The position numbers and the translations under genes are program-made. Below the pieces are notes generated by a model that did no database searches, was not told where the DNA came from, and saw only the letters and a list, made by a program, of their open reading frames with translations. Positions 53,798 through 63,420 of a DNA stretch of 64,000 nt are shown piece after piece. Where the stretch lies: positions 5,931 through 69,930 of IMG/VR virus record IMGVR_UViG_3300031996_000004; one strand, given 5' to 3'. Within the stretch, counting starts at the first letter, position 1, and each line of letters opens with the position of its first letter. Source of the stretch: a virus. Its lineage: Duplodnaviria > Caudoviricetes.

Positions 53798-54580
53798 ATG
53801 GCACGCAAGACCCTGACTCGCACCGACGAGCAGACCCTGATTCACACCACCAACGGCGTCGACACGATGACCGAGGCGGTCTACGTCAAGGAGCTCAAGC
53901 CCTACGACAAGCCATTGCCCAACGGCTTCAACGCCGAGCTTGCCGAGGACGTCTACCAGCTCATCTCCACCTACCAGAGTCTGTGGGACCAGAACGTCTG
54001 GCGCCGGGACCTGTCAGGCGCCATGGGCCATGAATGGGCCACCATGCTGGAGCTCAATGGTCGAGGCGACGCGGATACCCTCCAGCGGGAGCTGGGCGAG
54101 CTGCGAACCTTCCAGCAGGACATGACCAACCCGACCTGTGGCACGGCCATGTGCCTGGCCGGCTGGGTGGGCGAGATGACCGGCGCGGACTGGGTGATCG
54201 ACGCCAAGGTGCTGCGCAGAGACAAGCTCCGTGTCTCTCCCGAAGAACGCATCAGTCACATGTCCAGCGTGCTGGTCCCAAAGGCGGAGTGGGGCGGCTG
54301 GCTGAGCGAGCAGGGTGTCAAGGCTGAGCTCTGGCCCTCTAGTGGTGGTGCTCTGGCGCAGCACCTGGCTGCGCGTGGCTTCTCCAAGGACAAGCACGTG
54401 ATCATCATGGTCTCGGAGTACGCCGCGTTCCGGCTCGGCATCACCCCGAAGGTCTACGACGCCGCTCCGCTGTTCGACGGCTCTAACTCTCTGTCGGACA
54501 TCCGCCAGATCATCGACGGGCACATCGCCAACGGTGCTGACCACTGGGCGGATCCAGCTGAGGTGAGCGCGGATGTCTGA
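53798..54580 (+). CDS. Hypothetical protein (CGTxxCxAGW motif)
   Basis: TCGTAMCLAGWVGEM; 260 aa. Confidence 0.7.
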   Translation: MARKTLTRTDEQTLIHTTNGVDTMTEAVYVKELKPYDKPLPNGFNAELAEDVYQLISTYQSLWDQNVWRRDLSGAMGHEWATMLELNGRGDADTLQRELGELRTFQQDMTNPTCGTAMCLAGWVGEMTGADWVIDAKVLRRDKLRVSPEERISHMSSVLVPKAEWGGWLSEQGVKAELWPSSGGALAQHLAARGFSKDKHVIIMVSEYAAFRLGITPKVYDAAPLFDGSNSLSDIRQIIDGHIANGADHWADPAEVSADV

Positions 54581-54938
54581 TGGCATCGCCGGCATCGTCT
54601 CCTTCGACGTGCCGCACCACGGGCTAGTGCACAAGCAGTGGATGAGCTGGCCCCCGCCGGCTCACCTGGCTGTGGCCCGGGTGCACCCACCAGGGCGCGA
54701 GGTCGCGATCGCCGCGGTCAGCGCCTACGACTGGGTCACTGACCAGGCCTTCATCCCACACGTGTCGGCGGCCGGCGTGTGGATCTACGATCAGGTCTCC
54801 ATCACCGCTGAGGATCCCAACCACACCCCTGATGGGGACCCCAGCACTGAGCCCCAGCTGCCTGCCGCGTACTACAAGCGCCGTACCACGGGGCTCGCCA
54901 CAACCACCACAGGAGGAGAACACCCAGATGCCAGTTGA
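54573..54938 (+). CDS. Hypothetical protein
   Basis: Overlapping coupled ORF. Confidence 0.55.
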   Translation: MSDGIAGIVSFDVPHHGLVHKQWMSWPPPAHLAVARVHPPGREVAIAAVSAYDWVTDQAFIPHVSAAGVWIYDQVSITAEDPNHTPDGDPSTEPQLPAAYYKRRTTGLATTTTGGEHPDAS

Positions 54939-55290
54939 CCTGCGTTCGGTCACCGACCCCAACAGCCCCAAGGGCAACCCGCTGCTGATCTTGGCCGACT
55001 CGATCGAGAAGTCCTTGGCCGAGCCGCTGCGCAAGATCGCGGACTCCGTCAGCACCCCGCAGCACGAGCACGCCTATGGCGTGGCCATCGCCGAGCTGCC
55101 ACAGCACGGCAAGGTGTGGGGCTCCTACTGCATCGCCTGCTCGGCAGCCGAGCAGGAGTACGTCTACCCGTGCCGCCAGGCCGTCGACGAACAGGTCAAG
55201 CCGCCGCCGTTCTTCAGCGTCGGCAAGGCCTACGTCCCTCGTCCCGACGGCGCCTTCGTGATCTACGAAGGCGGCATCCCCAGCAACTGA
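54928..55290 (+). CDS. Hypothetical protein with Cys/His cluster
   Basis: ATG at 54928 with RBS aggagg; HEH...CIAC...YPC. Confidence 0.65.
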   Translation: MPVDLRSVTDPNSPKGNPLLILADSIEKSLAEPLRKIADSVSTPQHEHAYGVAIAELPQHGKVWGSYCIACSAAEQEYVYPCRQAVDEQVKPPPFFSVGKAYVPRPDGAFVIYEGGIPSN

Positions 55291-55300
55291 GCCTTCGATC

Positions 55301-55341
55301 CGGTGCGTCCGGGCCCATTGCGAGTGGGTCCGGGCGTACCG
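55301..55341 (+). terminator. Long intergenic hairpin upstream of the helicase gene
   Basis: cggtgcgtccgggcccat / gtgggtccgggcgtaccg, about 17 bp with G-U pairs; no U-tract. Confidence 0.4.
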
Positions 55342-55375
55342 TCGTTAGGCCGTGTTCCGGACGGAGGAGGGCACA

Positions 55376-56650
55376 GTGGCACGTGCGCTGCATCAAGTCG
55401 CCGGTGAGGAAGACCAGACCCCGTACTCTCCGGAGGCGCTGCTGATCAGCGCGCTTCTCGAGACGGGGTCCTTCGACCCCGCCAGGCACCACATCACACC
55501 CGATGACATCGAGGCTTGGCCCAAGCTCTGGGCCTTCTGCGAGGAGTACCAAGCCCGCGCCGGCGTTGCGCCGCCGCTGAGCCTGGTCAAGCAGCAGTTC
55601 CCAGACTTCGAGCTGGTTCCCGACGTCAACGTCAACTGGGCGGCCGACCAGGTCCGCCGAGAGTCATCCATGCGCCTCATGCGGCATCGGATGAAGGCAG
55701 GGCTGGCGGCCCTGCGCGAGGACGACCTCGAGGGGGCGTACGAGTCCCTGGACGGGATCGCTCGCCCTCGAGTGCTGCACCGCGCAGCGACCTCGGTGCT
55801 CGACCACTCCTCGATCACCGAGGAGTTCGGGGTCAACCGGATCGAGGTGCCCTACCCGACTCTGATGCGTGCCACCCATGGCGGTATCGGCGACGGCGAG
55901 CTGTGGTTCCTGGCAGCTCGGCTGGGCATGGGCAAGACCTTCCACCTGCTCGACTTCGCCGCCGTGGCGGCCAAGTGCGGGGCCAGGGTGTGCATCCACT
56001 CCCTGGAGATGCCCTACCGGCAGGTGGCCGCGCGCACCGCGCTACGGCTGGTCCACCGGGACAAGATCCTGGTCGACAAGCTGCGCCGTGGTGACGAGCA
56101 GGAGCGCAAGGAGGCCCTGGATGAGATCGCCGCCACCTTGCCGGGCAGCATCGAGGTGCTGGACCCCAGCCACGGCCCGGTCAACACGGTCGGGGCGGTG
56201 CGGGAGTCCTGCCACGACTACAACCTGGTCCTGGTCGATCACGTCGGTCTGCTGCGCGACAGCAGTGGCAAGCGCGCGATCGAGGACTGGCGCGTGATGG
56301 CGACCATCTCCAACGTGCTGCGTGAGACCACGCTGGAGACGAACACCTCGATCCTGGGCGCCGCACAGATCAACCGCGGCGGCGAGAAGCACGGCAAGAA
56401 CACCGCACCCAAGGCCAGTGACCTGGCCCAGTCCGACGCGCTCGGGCAGGACGCTGACGTGCTGGTCACCATGGGCTACGTCAGCGAGCGGGTGCGGCTG
56501 TTCAGCGCGGAGAAGGTCCGCAACGGGCCCAACCTGCGCTGGCACACGCGGTTCGAGCCGGACCGCAACGACTTCAGCGAGATCACCAAGGAGATGGCTG
56601 AGGTGCTGAAGATGGAGGACGAGGACCGGTCGGTTCGCAACACCATCTGA
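55376..56650 (+). CDS. dnaB: DnaB-like replicative helicase
   Basis: Walker A AARLGMGKT, SLEM, Walker B LVLVDHVGL, AAQINR, SDALGQDADVLV, KVRNGP; GTG at 55376 with RBS ggagg. Confidence 0.9.
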   Translation: MARALHQVAGEEDQTPYSPEALLISALLETGSFDPARHHITPDDIEAWPKLWAFCEEYQARAGVAPPLSLVKQQFPDFELVPDVNVNWAADQVRRESSMRLMRHRMKAGLAALREDDLEGAYESLDGIARPRVLHRAATSVLDHSSITEEFGVNRIEVPYPTLMRATHGGIGDGELWFLAARLGMGKTFHLLDFAAVAAKCGARVCIHSLEMPYRQVAARTALRLVHRDKILVDKLRRGDEQERKEALDEIAATLPGSIEVLDPSHGPVNTVGAVRESCHDYNLVLVDHVGLLRDSSGKRAIEDWRVMATISNVLRETTLETNTSILGAAQINRGGEKHGKNTAPKASDLAQSDALGQDADVLVTMGYVSERVRLFSAEKVRNGPNLRWHTRFEPDRNDFSEITKEMAEVLKMEDEDRSVRNTI

Positions 56651-56662
56651 GTGGTATAAAAT
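56651..56662 (+). promoter_or_regulatory. Candidate extended -10 element
   Basis: gTGgTATAAAAT immediately after the helicase stop. Confidence 0.4.
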
Positions 56663-56706
56663 GAACCCGCGATGGGTTGGGATGCGTGTGCCCATCGCAC
56701 CGCCTT

Positions 56707-56734
56707 GGCCCCCTGCCTTCACTGGCAGGGGGCC
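56707..56734 (+). terminator. Perfect 11-bp hairpin (terminator-like)
   Basis: ggccccctgcc ttcact ggcagggggcc; weak U-tract. Confidence 0.55.
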
Positions 56735-56764
56735 TTGTGCGTCTACCGAGTCGGGAGGAAGTAC

Positions 56765-56992
56765 ATGGCGAGCTTCGCCTACAAGATCGGTGAGACCCAC
56801 GGTCTGCACCAGGACATCCACATCTACGTCGGCCAGGTCATCGGCCAGCGAGCGCGGGCTGGCACCCTTCGCGTGCTGCACGACGAGGCGCTCGACCTGA
56901 TCGAGGCGCTGAACAAGGCGGGCTTCGACCGCGTCGCCCCGCCGGCGAGCCTGCTGGCTCCGCCGACCATCCCACTGAAGGAGGACAGATGA
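56765..56992 (+). CDS. Hypothetical protein
   Basis: ATG at 56765 with RBS ggagg. Confidence 0.6.
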   Translation: MASFAYKIGETHGLHQDIHIYVGQVIGQRARAGTLRVLHDEALDLIEALNKAGFDRVAPPASLLAPPTIPLKEDR

Positions 56993-57279
56993 GCGAGCAG
57001 GACCTGAGCGAAGCCGACCAGGCCGCTCTGGAGCAGCTGCGCAAGATGGCGCAGCTGGCCACCGAGGACCACAAGAAGTGCGTCTGGGGCGAGCACATGC
57101 TCTACCTCGAGCACGACAAGGCACTGATGCCCGGGCACATCTACTCGATGGCCGGCATCCGCGAGGCGCGGATCAGCGGCAGCTGCGAGTACCACTTCGA
57201 CCGCTCCTTCAAGGAGGGCTGGGTCGACCCGGTCACCGGCGAGCCCGGGCTGAACACTGGCGAGGACCTCGATGCCTAG
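56989..57279 (+). CDS. Hypothetical protein
   Basis: GHIYS..G..E..ISGSCEYHFD motif; ATGA overlap. Confidence 0.65.
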   Translation: MSEQDLSEADQAALEQLRKMAQLATEDHKKCVWGEHMLYLEHDKALMPGHIYSMAGIREARISGSCEYHFDRSFKEGWVDPVTGEPGLNTGEDLDA

Positions 57280-57454
57280 CCCCAACATGAAGTTCTACTG
57301 GGTCAGCTACCCCAACCGCTTCACCAAGCAGGAGCGGGTGCACAGCGCTGGCTGCGTGTTCTACGGCAAGAGCCACGGCCGCGGCATGCTCGAGGATGAG
57401 CTCACCGAGGAGATGGTCGACTGCAAGGCCTGCTACGGAGCACGTCGTGGCTGA
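57272..57454 (+). CDS. Small Cys/His protein
   Basis: VHSAGC...CKAC. Confidence 0.55.
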   Translation: MPSPNMKFYWVSYPNRFTKQERVHSAGCVFYGKSHGRGMLEDELTEEMVDCKACYGARRG

Positions 57455-58361
57455 CACCGGAGGCATGAGCCTGGAGGATGCCCTGGCCTACGGTCAGGGC
57501 GAGGAGCGCCCGTTCCGGTGCTTCGTGCACGAGGACTCCACTGCGAGCGCGAGCGTGAACGTGCTCAAGAACGTCTGGTACTGCCACGCCTGCCATGCCA
57601 GCGGCGCGGTCAACAGCAAGCGGACCCCCAAGGTCGAAGAGCTCGCAGCCATGCTCGAGCCAGAGGCCACCGCACGCACCTACCCGGCCGCCTTCGCCGA
57701 GCTGTACGCCGAGCCGGTCTACTGGCTGACCCGGTTCAGCCCGTGGGTGTGCTGGGACAAGGGGCTGGGTGAGGACCCGTTCACCGGCGACGCCACCTTC
57801 CCGGTGCACACCCCAGCCGGCAGGTTCGCCGGCGTGGGCCGGCGTCGGGTGGTCACCGAGGAGAAGGAGGACGGCGCCAAGCGCTCGACTCGCTACCTCT
57901 ACCCGCGGAACTGGTCGGCCTCGAGGACCCTGTTCGGGATGGCCGGCCAGCACCACACCATGCCGGTGATCGTCCTGCTCGAGGGCGCCGCAGACGCCAC
58001 CAGCGTCTGGGAGGTCGGGGCGCCCGGCTTCGCCACCTACGGCGCCGGGCTGCACCTGCCTCAGAAGGCGCTGCTGGCCCGGTACCGCCCGCGGGTGATC
58101 CTGCTCGGCTTCGACATGGACGAGGCGGGCGAGCGCGCGGTGACGCGCGGGTTCAAGGACTTGGCCGACCTGGCCGAGATCAAGCGTGTGCGTTGGCCGG
58201 CCAAGGACCCCGGTGAGTGCACCCCACAGGAAAGGAGGAAGGCCCTGGTGCGTGCTGTCAGCGCGACCGACTACGGTGTAGATGTCGTACCACGGTGGGA
58301 TCGCTACATCGCGGAGCGAGTCGAGGCGTTCGAGCGGTACACGGAGGAGAGAGCGTCATGA
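57447..58361 (+). CDS. DNA primase (Zn finger + Toprim)
   Basis: CFVHED..AS.SVN....WYCHACHASG; VLLEGAADA; LGFDMDEAG. Confidence 0.85.
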   Translation: MADTGGMSLEDALAYGQGEERPFRCFVHEDSTASASVNVLKNVWYCHACHASGAVNSKRTPKVEELAAMLEPEATARTYPAAFAELYAEPVYWLTRFSPWVCWDKGLGEDPFTGDATFPVHTPAGRFAGVGRRRVVTEEKEDGAKRSTRYLYPRNWSASRTLFGMAGQHHTMPVIVLLEGAADATSVWEVGAPGFATYGAGLHLPQKALLARYRPRVILLGFDMDEAGERAVTRGFKDLADLAEIKRVRWPAKDPGECTPQERRKALVRAVSATDYGVDVVPRWDRYIAERVEAFERYTEERAS

Positions 58362-58822
58362 GCGAACAGAGTGAGCGCGAGCGTCAGCTCGCGCAGATGC
58401 AGAAGCAGGCTTTGCCGGCAGACGCCGACACCGAGGCTGCTCTGGCCCAGCTGCAGGCGCTGATCATGCGCCGGCGCAAGGACCCCGAGATCGAGGCGCG
58501 CTACGAGCAGCTGCGCGATGCGCTGGTCGACCAGCTCAAGGCTGAGGGGCCGCGGTACTACCTCGACGAGGAGGGCAACAAGCGCTACGCCTACGTGGTG
58601 CAGCCCGAGCCGGTCGAGGTGGACATGGACGAGCTGCTGGCGCTGTACGAGGCCGGCGAGCTGCCCCAGTCCCTGATGGACAAGATCGCCCCGCGCAAGG
58701 TCGACAAGGAGGCCCTGCGCCGAGCGGTATCCAAGGGGCAGATCACCCGGGCCCAGTTCACCAAGGTCGCCAAGCTGGTCAAGGGCACGGCTCACGTGTC
58801 CTTCTCCGACCCGGTCGAGTGA
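58358..58822 (+). CDS. Hypothetical protein
   Basis: ATG at 58358 with RBS ggagg; ATGA overlap. Confidence 0.65.
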   Translation: MSEQSERERQLAQMQKQALPADADTEAALAQLQALIMRRRKDPEIEARYEQLRDALVDQLKAEGPRYYLDEEGNKRYAYVVQPEPVEVDMDELLALYEAGELPQSLMDKIAPRKVDKEALRRAVSKGQITRAQFTKVAKLVKGTAHVSFSDPVE

Positions 58823-59095
58823 GTGCACCGGCGCTATCGCAGCCCCGGTGAGCACCGCTGGGTCTCCTTGGACCAGATCGCCAAGGAGATCGACCGCACC
58901 CCTGTGCAGACCGAGAAGCTGCTGAACAAGCTCGGCTTCATCGGCCTGCGCCCGAAGAGAGGACTGCCAGAACGCACCAAGAGCTATGACGCCTCCGCAC
59001 TGGAGGCTCTCAAGGCCCTGACGGGCATCCCACACCGCCACATCGGAACCGATGACTGGCTGAGCAACTACCTGAACGGAGAACAGCATGGCTGA
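58823..59095 (+). CDS. Putative HTH DNA-binding protein
   Basis: VSLDQIAKEIDRTPVQTEKLLNKLG. Confidence 0.5.
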   Translation: MHRRYRSPGEHRWVSLDQIAKEIDRTPVQTEKLLNKLGFIGLRPKRGLPERTKSYDASALEALKALTGIPHRHIGTDDWLSNYLNGEQHG

Positions 59096-59471
59096 GGGCT
59101 TCGACCCCAGTGACGCCCCGGTATCCCGGGGCCGTCGCGACCCGCAGATCCAGATGGCCCTGGAGGCAGAGGACCACCTCGGTGACGCCAGCGAAGGCAA
59201 TCGCGAGATGACCTTCATCGGGCTGGCGCCCGGTGACGTGGTGGCCGCCAAGGTCACCCACGCCTTCACCCGCAACGACGGCGGAGACTCCTGGTTCTCC
59301 TACGGCGTGCAGAGCAGGATCCTCGATGGCGAGAACGAGGAGGACGCCTTCGTCCGTGTCGCCACCGTGGCCAACGAGCGCGTGCTCGACCTGGCCGACG
59401 ACGCAGAGCAGCGCATCGGCGAGCTTGTCGAGGCGCAGCGTCGCAAGCAGCAGTCGCGTCGCGGCCGCTGA
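59088..59471 (+). CDS. Hypothetical protein
   Basis: Coupled ORF, 127 aa. Confidence 0.65.
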   Translation: MAEGFDPSDAPVSRGRRDPQIQMALEAEDHLGDASEGNREMTFIGLAPGDVVAAKVTHAFTRNDGGDSWFSYGVQSRILDGENEEDAFVRVATVANERVLDLADDAEQRIGELVEAQRRKQQSRRGR

Positions 59472-59514
59472 GACATCACACCCAACCCTGAACGTCTACT
59501 GGAGGTAGAGACAC

Positions 59515-60384
59515 ATGAAGTTCGGCACCCTTGCCGCTGATTTCCCCGAGCAGGACCAGTCCAACAGCGACGACGTCTGGATTCGGACCTTCTCCCAGCC
59601 CAGCACCTTCATCCGGATCGCCCCGGTCACCGCGGTCAACGAGCGCGGCGCCGAGGTCACCGGTACCGAGGCCTGGGTCAAGGAGCTCGAGCACTACGAC
59701 CGAGCCGGCTTCGGCCGCTCATTCCCCTGCCCGGTGCCGCACGGCTACGAGAAGGCCGACTGCCCCGGGTGCACACACAAGAACGAGGACGTCCGCAGGC
59801 GCAGCGCGAAGTGGTATTTCAACGCCCTCGACGACAAGAACTACCTGCGCGTCTACAAGATCGGGATGAAGCTGCTGCGCAAGTTCAAGCTGCGCGAGCA
59901 GCGTCTGGGCACGGTCTCAGACCGTGACTACGAGGTGATCCGCTCCGGCAAGGAGTTCAACGAGATCGAGTACGACCTCGAGGCCGGCGAGAAGGAGCCG
60001 CGCAAGTTCCCCGACGAGATGCACGACATCGGGGAGATCCTGTCGCGCAACTGGCAGGAGGCGCTGGACTACTACTCGGGCAAGTCCAAGGCCGAGGACG
60101 AGAACGACGCCGAGGAGGACGCACCACTGCGCTCCACCTCCTTGAAGGACAAGCTGGAGTCCGAGCGCACCTCGCGCGAGGACAAGGCCGCGTCCAACGG
60201 CGAGGCTGACGAGGAGGACTTCAAGGCCTGGGGCAAGAACCCGGACGAGGAGACCATCAAGTCCGCCGACACCGCGGTGATCAGAGGCTGGCTGGACCAC
60301 ATGGAGGTCGAGTACCCCTCCAGGGCCCCGCGCAGCCGGATCATCTCCCTGGCCGTGGAGAAGGCGGCCGAGCCGCCGTTCTGA
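59515..60384 (+). CDS. Single-stranded DNA-binding protein (T4 gp32-like)
   Basis: Cys cluster CP...CPGC; WYFNAL...VYKIG...DRDYEVIRSG; acidic tail; RBS ggagg. Confidence 0.7.
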   Translation: MKFGTLAADFPEQDQSNSDDVWIRTFSQPSTFIRIAPVTAVNERGAEVTGTEAWVKELEHYDRAGFGRSFPCPVPHGYEKADCPGCTHKNEDVRRRSAKWYFNALDDKNYLRVYKIGMKLLRKFKLREQRLGTVSDRDYEVIRSGKEFNEIEYDLEAGEKEPRKFPDEMHDIGEILSRNWQEALDYYSGKSKAEDENDAEEDAPLRSTSLKDKLESERTSREDKAASNGEADEEDFKAWGKNPDEETIKSADTAVIRGWLDHMEVEYPSRAPRSRIISLAVEKAAEPPF

Positions 60385-60400
60385 CCGGCCTGACACGACA

Positions 60401-60434
60401 AGGGGCGGGCGCTCACACCCGGGCGCCCGCCCCT
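60401..60434 (+). terminator. 12-bp perfect intergenic hairpin
   Basis: aggggcgggcgc ... gcgcccgcccct between the SSB and polymerase genes. Confidence 0.5.
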
Positions 60435-60466
60435 GCCACATCTCAACCGTTGGAGGAGAAGAGACA

Positions 60467-63109
60467 TTGGCCAGCGTAGCCGATCATGGCTTTTGGTCCC
60501 TGCACACTCACAGCAAGTACAGCTTCAACGACGCCATCGCCCCGGTGCAGGGCATCGTCGACCGAGCCGTCCAGTACGGCTACCCGGCCATCGGCCTGAC
60601 CGACCACGGTTCCGTCTCCGGCTCCGTGCAGCTCTACCGCGCCGCCCGCAAGGCTGGCGTCGAGCCACTGCCCGGCATCGAGCTCTACGTCGTGCCGGAC
60701 ACCGAGTACGCCTCTCGGGCGGACAACCTGCACCTGACCGTGGCCGCCTACACCGAGGCGGGCTACCGCAACCTGATGCGCCTGGCGACGCTGTCCCAGC
60801 GGCGCTACTGGTACAAGCCGCGGGTCGACTTCGCCGACTTCGCCCAGATGGCCGAAGACGGTGCGACCAAGGGTCTGGTGGTCTCCACTGGCTGCTTCTT
60901 CGGCGTGCTGCCGCAGGTGCTCATGCGTCAGGGGCACCGCCAGGCCGTCCGGGTCGCTCAGACCCTGGCCGGCTGGTTTCCGCGGGTCTACGTCGAGCTA
61001 CAGAACCATGGCGTGGAGAACCACAAGGCCGACCTGAACATCACCGACGACGAGCTGGTCGAGGCGCTGTTCAACGTGGCCAACGACGCCGGGCTGCCGG
61101 TCATCCTGGGCCGTGACAGCCACTACCTGGACGAGGGAGACCGGCACCTGCACGAGGCGCTCAAGCGACTGGTGTCGTTCTCCGACGACGTCGACGACGC
61201 GGTCTTCCCCGGCTCGGGCTACTTCATGACCGACACCGAGGGGATGCGTCCCTACTTCGAGCCCCGCGTCCTGCAGGCCGGGCTGGACGGGCTGGCCCAC
61301 CTGGCCGGCGCCGCCTATGTGCGGCTGCCGGAGCTGGAGAACTTCTCCCTGAAGATCCCGGATGTCTCCCTTGGTGGTGACCCGCAGCACGAGCTCGAGC
61401 AGCTGGTGATGGCGGCGCTGAAGGAGCGTGGGCTGGACACCAACCAGGTCTGGCTGGACGACGTACGCAAGGAGTTCGACGTCATCCGCGCCGGCGGCAT
61501 GGCGCCCTACCTGCTGCTGGTGAACATGGTCTGCGTATACATGCGCGAGCACTCGATCAGCTACCACGCCCGCGGCTCCGCAGCTGGCTCACGGTGCAAC
61601 TACCTGCTGGGGATCACCCAGGCTGACCCGGTGCGCTTCGGGCTGCGCTTCGACCGCTTCCTGTCCTCCAACCGGATGAAGCCACCGGACGTGGACCTGG
61701 ACGTGGAGCACGAGCGCCGCGACGAGGTGATCGCCTTCCTGCAGAGTCGCTGGGCGGTGCGCAGCGTGGGCAGCCACATGAAGTACTCCCTGCAGGAGGA
61801 CGAGGCCGAGGAGGGCAAAGGCAGCCTGCGCACCCGGTTCTACTCCTCGCTGAAGAAGCGCGGCATCGAGGCCAAGGACTGGACCGACATCCCGCGCAAG
61901 GATCGCGATGAGCTGCTGGCCCTGTCGGACCTGAAGCTCTACTCCGGCTACGGCACCCACGCCGCCGGCTACATCGTGGCCCCGTCCGAGAAGGTGGTCT
62001 CCGAGCTACCGCTGGCCTACATCGCCAGCAGCAAGAAGCTGGTGACCGCCTACGGCAAGAAGGACGTCGAGATCCTCGGCTTCCTCAAGCTGGACCTGCT
62101 CGGGCTGCGCACCCGCACCGCGATCCGGGTCACCGAGGAGCTGACCGGAGTGGCTTTCGAGGCCATCCCGGAGAACGACAAGACGACCATGCGCGAGATC
62201 GGCCGCGGCAACGTCGCCGGGGTCTTCCAGCTGGAGGGTGGCGCCTCCAGGCGAGGCTGCGAACGGCTCAAGCCCAAGAAGATCGAGGACATCATCGCGG
62301 CTCAGGCGCTGTTCCGGCCGGCCACGATGAACTCGATGGCCACCCAGGACTACCTGCTGCGCCGCAAGGGCACCGAGCCAGTGCCCAACCGGCACACGGA
62401 CATCATGAACGCCACCAAGGAGACCTACGGCGTGCTGCTCTACCAGGAGCAGGTGATGGACGTGATGGAGTCGCTGGGGATGAGCCCGCCTGAGCTCGAG
62501 GAGATGCTGGACGCCGTCAAGGCCTCCAACGAGTACTCCGCCGGCGCGGCCGTGGTGATTGAGTCCAAGATGCCCAGGATCCGCGAGCTGGCCCATGAGC
62601 GGGGCTGGACCGCGATCGACATCGACTGGCTGGTCGACGGACTGGGCGCCTATGCGGACTACTCCTTCAACAAGGCCCACGCCGCGTCCTACGGCGTGAT
62701 CAGCTACCGCACGGCCTTCATGAAGACCAACTACCCGACCGAGTTCTGGACCGGGATGCTGGTGGCGTACGCGAACACCGACAAGGAGCGACCGTACGTG
62801 GTGGCAGCGCGCAAGGATGGCGTTCGCGTCCTGCCACCGCACGTGAACAAGTCCGGGGCCACCTATGGCCTGGACCCAGAGCGGCACGCGATCCGGCGCG
62901 GGCTGCTCGCCGTCAACGGGGTGGGCAAGGTGGCGAGCAAGGAGCTCGCCGATAAGGCCCCTTATCAGTCGCTGGCCGACCTCGGTCAGCGGGTACTGCC
63001 CAAGCGGGTCAGCGGCGCCAAGGCGCTGGCCCTGAACACCCCGCCGGAAGAGTGCGGCGGGATCATCGAGGCCCTGCATGAAGCAGGCGCCCTGGAAGGA
63101 CTGGAGTGA
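60467..63109 (+). CDS. dnaE: DNA polymerase III alpha (DnaE-type, family C)
   Basis: PHP domain (LHTHSKYS, TDHG); RGSAAGS; catalytic PPDVDLD; GTHAAG; FLKLDLLGL; LLYQEQVM; YSFNKAHA; TTG start with RBS ggagg. Confidence 0.95.
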   Translation: MASVADHGFWSLHTHSKYSFNDAIAPVQGIVDRAVQYGYPAIGLTDHGSVSGSVQLYRAARKAGVEPLPGIELYVVPDTEYASRADNLHLTVAAYTEAGYRNLMRLATLSQRRYWYKPRVDFADFAQMAEDGATKGLVVSTGCFFGVLPQVLMRQGHRQAVRVAQTLAGWFPRVYVELQNHGVENHKADLNITDDELVEALFNVANDAGLPVILGRDSHYLDEGDRHLHEALKRLVSFSDDVDDAVFPGSGYFMTDTEGMRPYFEPRVLQAGLDGLAHLAGAAYVRLPELENFSLKIPDVSLGGDPQHELEQLVMAALKERGLDTNQVWLDDVRKEFDVIRAGGMAPYLLLVNMVCVYMREHSISYHARGSAAGSRCNYLLGITQADPVRFGLRFDRFLSSNRMKPPDVDLDVEHERRDEVIAFLQSRWAVRSVGSHMKYSLQEDEAEEGKGSLRTRFYSSLKKRGIEAKDWTDIPRKDRDELLALSDLKLYSGYGTHAAGYIVAPSEKVVSELPLAYIASSKKLVTAYGKKDVEILGFLKLDLLGLRTRTAIRVTEELTGVAFEAIPENDKTTMREIGRGNVAGVFQLEGGASRRGCERLKPKKIEDIIAAQALFRPATMNSMATQDYLLRRKGTEPVPNRHTDIMNATKETYGVLLYQEQVMDVMESLGMSPPELEEMLDAVKASNEYSAGAAVVIESKMPRIRELAHERGWTAIDIDWLVDGLGAYADYSFNKAHAASYGVISYRTAFMKTNYPTEFWTGMLVAYANTDKERPYVVAARKDGVRVLPPHVNKSGATYGLDPERHAIRRGLLAVNGVGKVASKELADKAPYQSLADLGQRVLPKRVSGAKALALNTPPEECGGIIEALHEAGALEGLE

Positions 63110-63420
63110 TGGTGGACCCGACACAGACCCTGGCCGAGATCCGGGAACTGGCCGAGGAATGGCCCGAGATCGACGACTTCGACGCGCTGCCGCAGAAGGT
63201 CAAGGACCTCGACGACTGGCTGAGCAAGGGTGGCTTCCTGCCCGACCAGTGGAACCGCAGGGGCCGCCCGCGCAACACCACGTACGGCGAGCCGCTCGAG
63301 GGCGTCAAGCACGGCACCCCGGGCGGCTACAACAAGGGCTGCCGGTGCGAGGACTGCACCGACGCCAACCGGCGCAAGTCCGCCCGCTGGCGGATGCGAG
63401 CCGCAGAAGCAAACCAGTGA
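63106..63420 (+). CDS. Hypothetical protein with HGTxxxYxxGCRCxxC motif
   Basis: KHGTPGGYNKGCRCEDC. Confidence 0.65.
   Translation: MMVDPTQTLAEIRELAEEWPEIDDFDALPQKVKDLDDWLSKGGFLPDQWNRRGRPRNTTYGEPLEGVKHGTPGGYNKGCRCEDCTDANRRKSARWRMRAAEANQ

Noticed and set aside
44042-63109. Inteins or introns in terminase, helicase or DnaE
   Set aside because: Lengths are normal or short, motifs are contiguous, and no C/S...HN splice motifs or LAGLIDADG blocks were seen.
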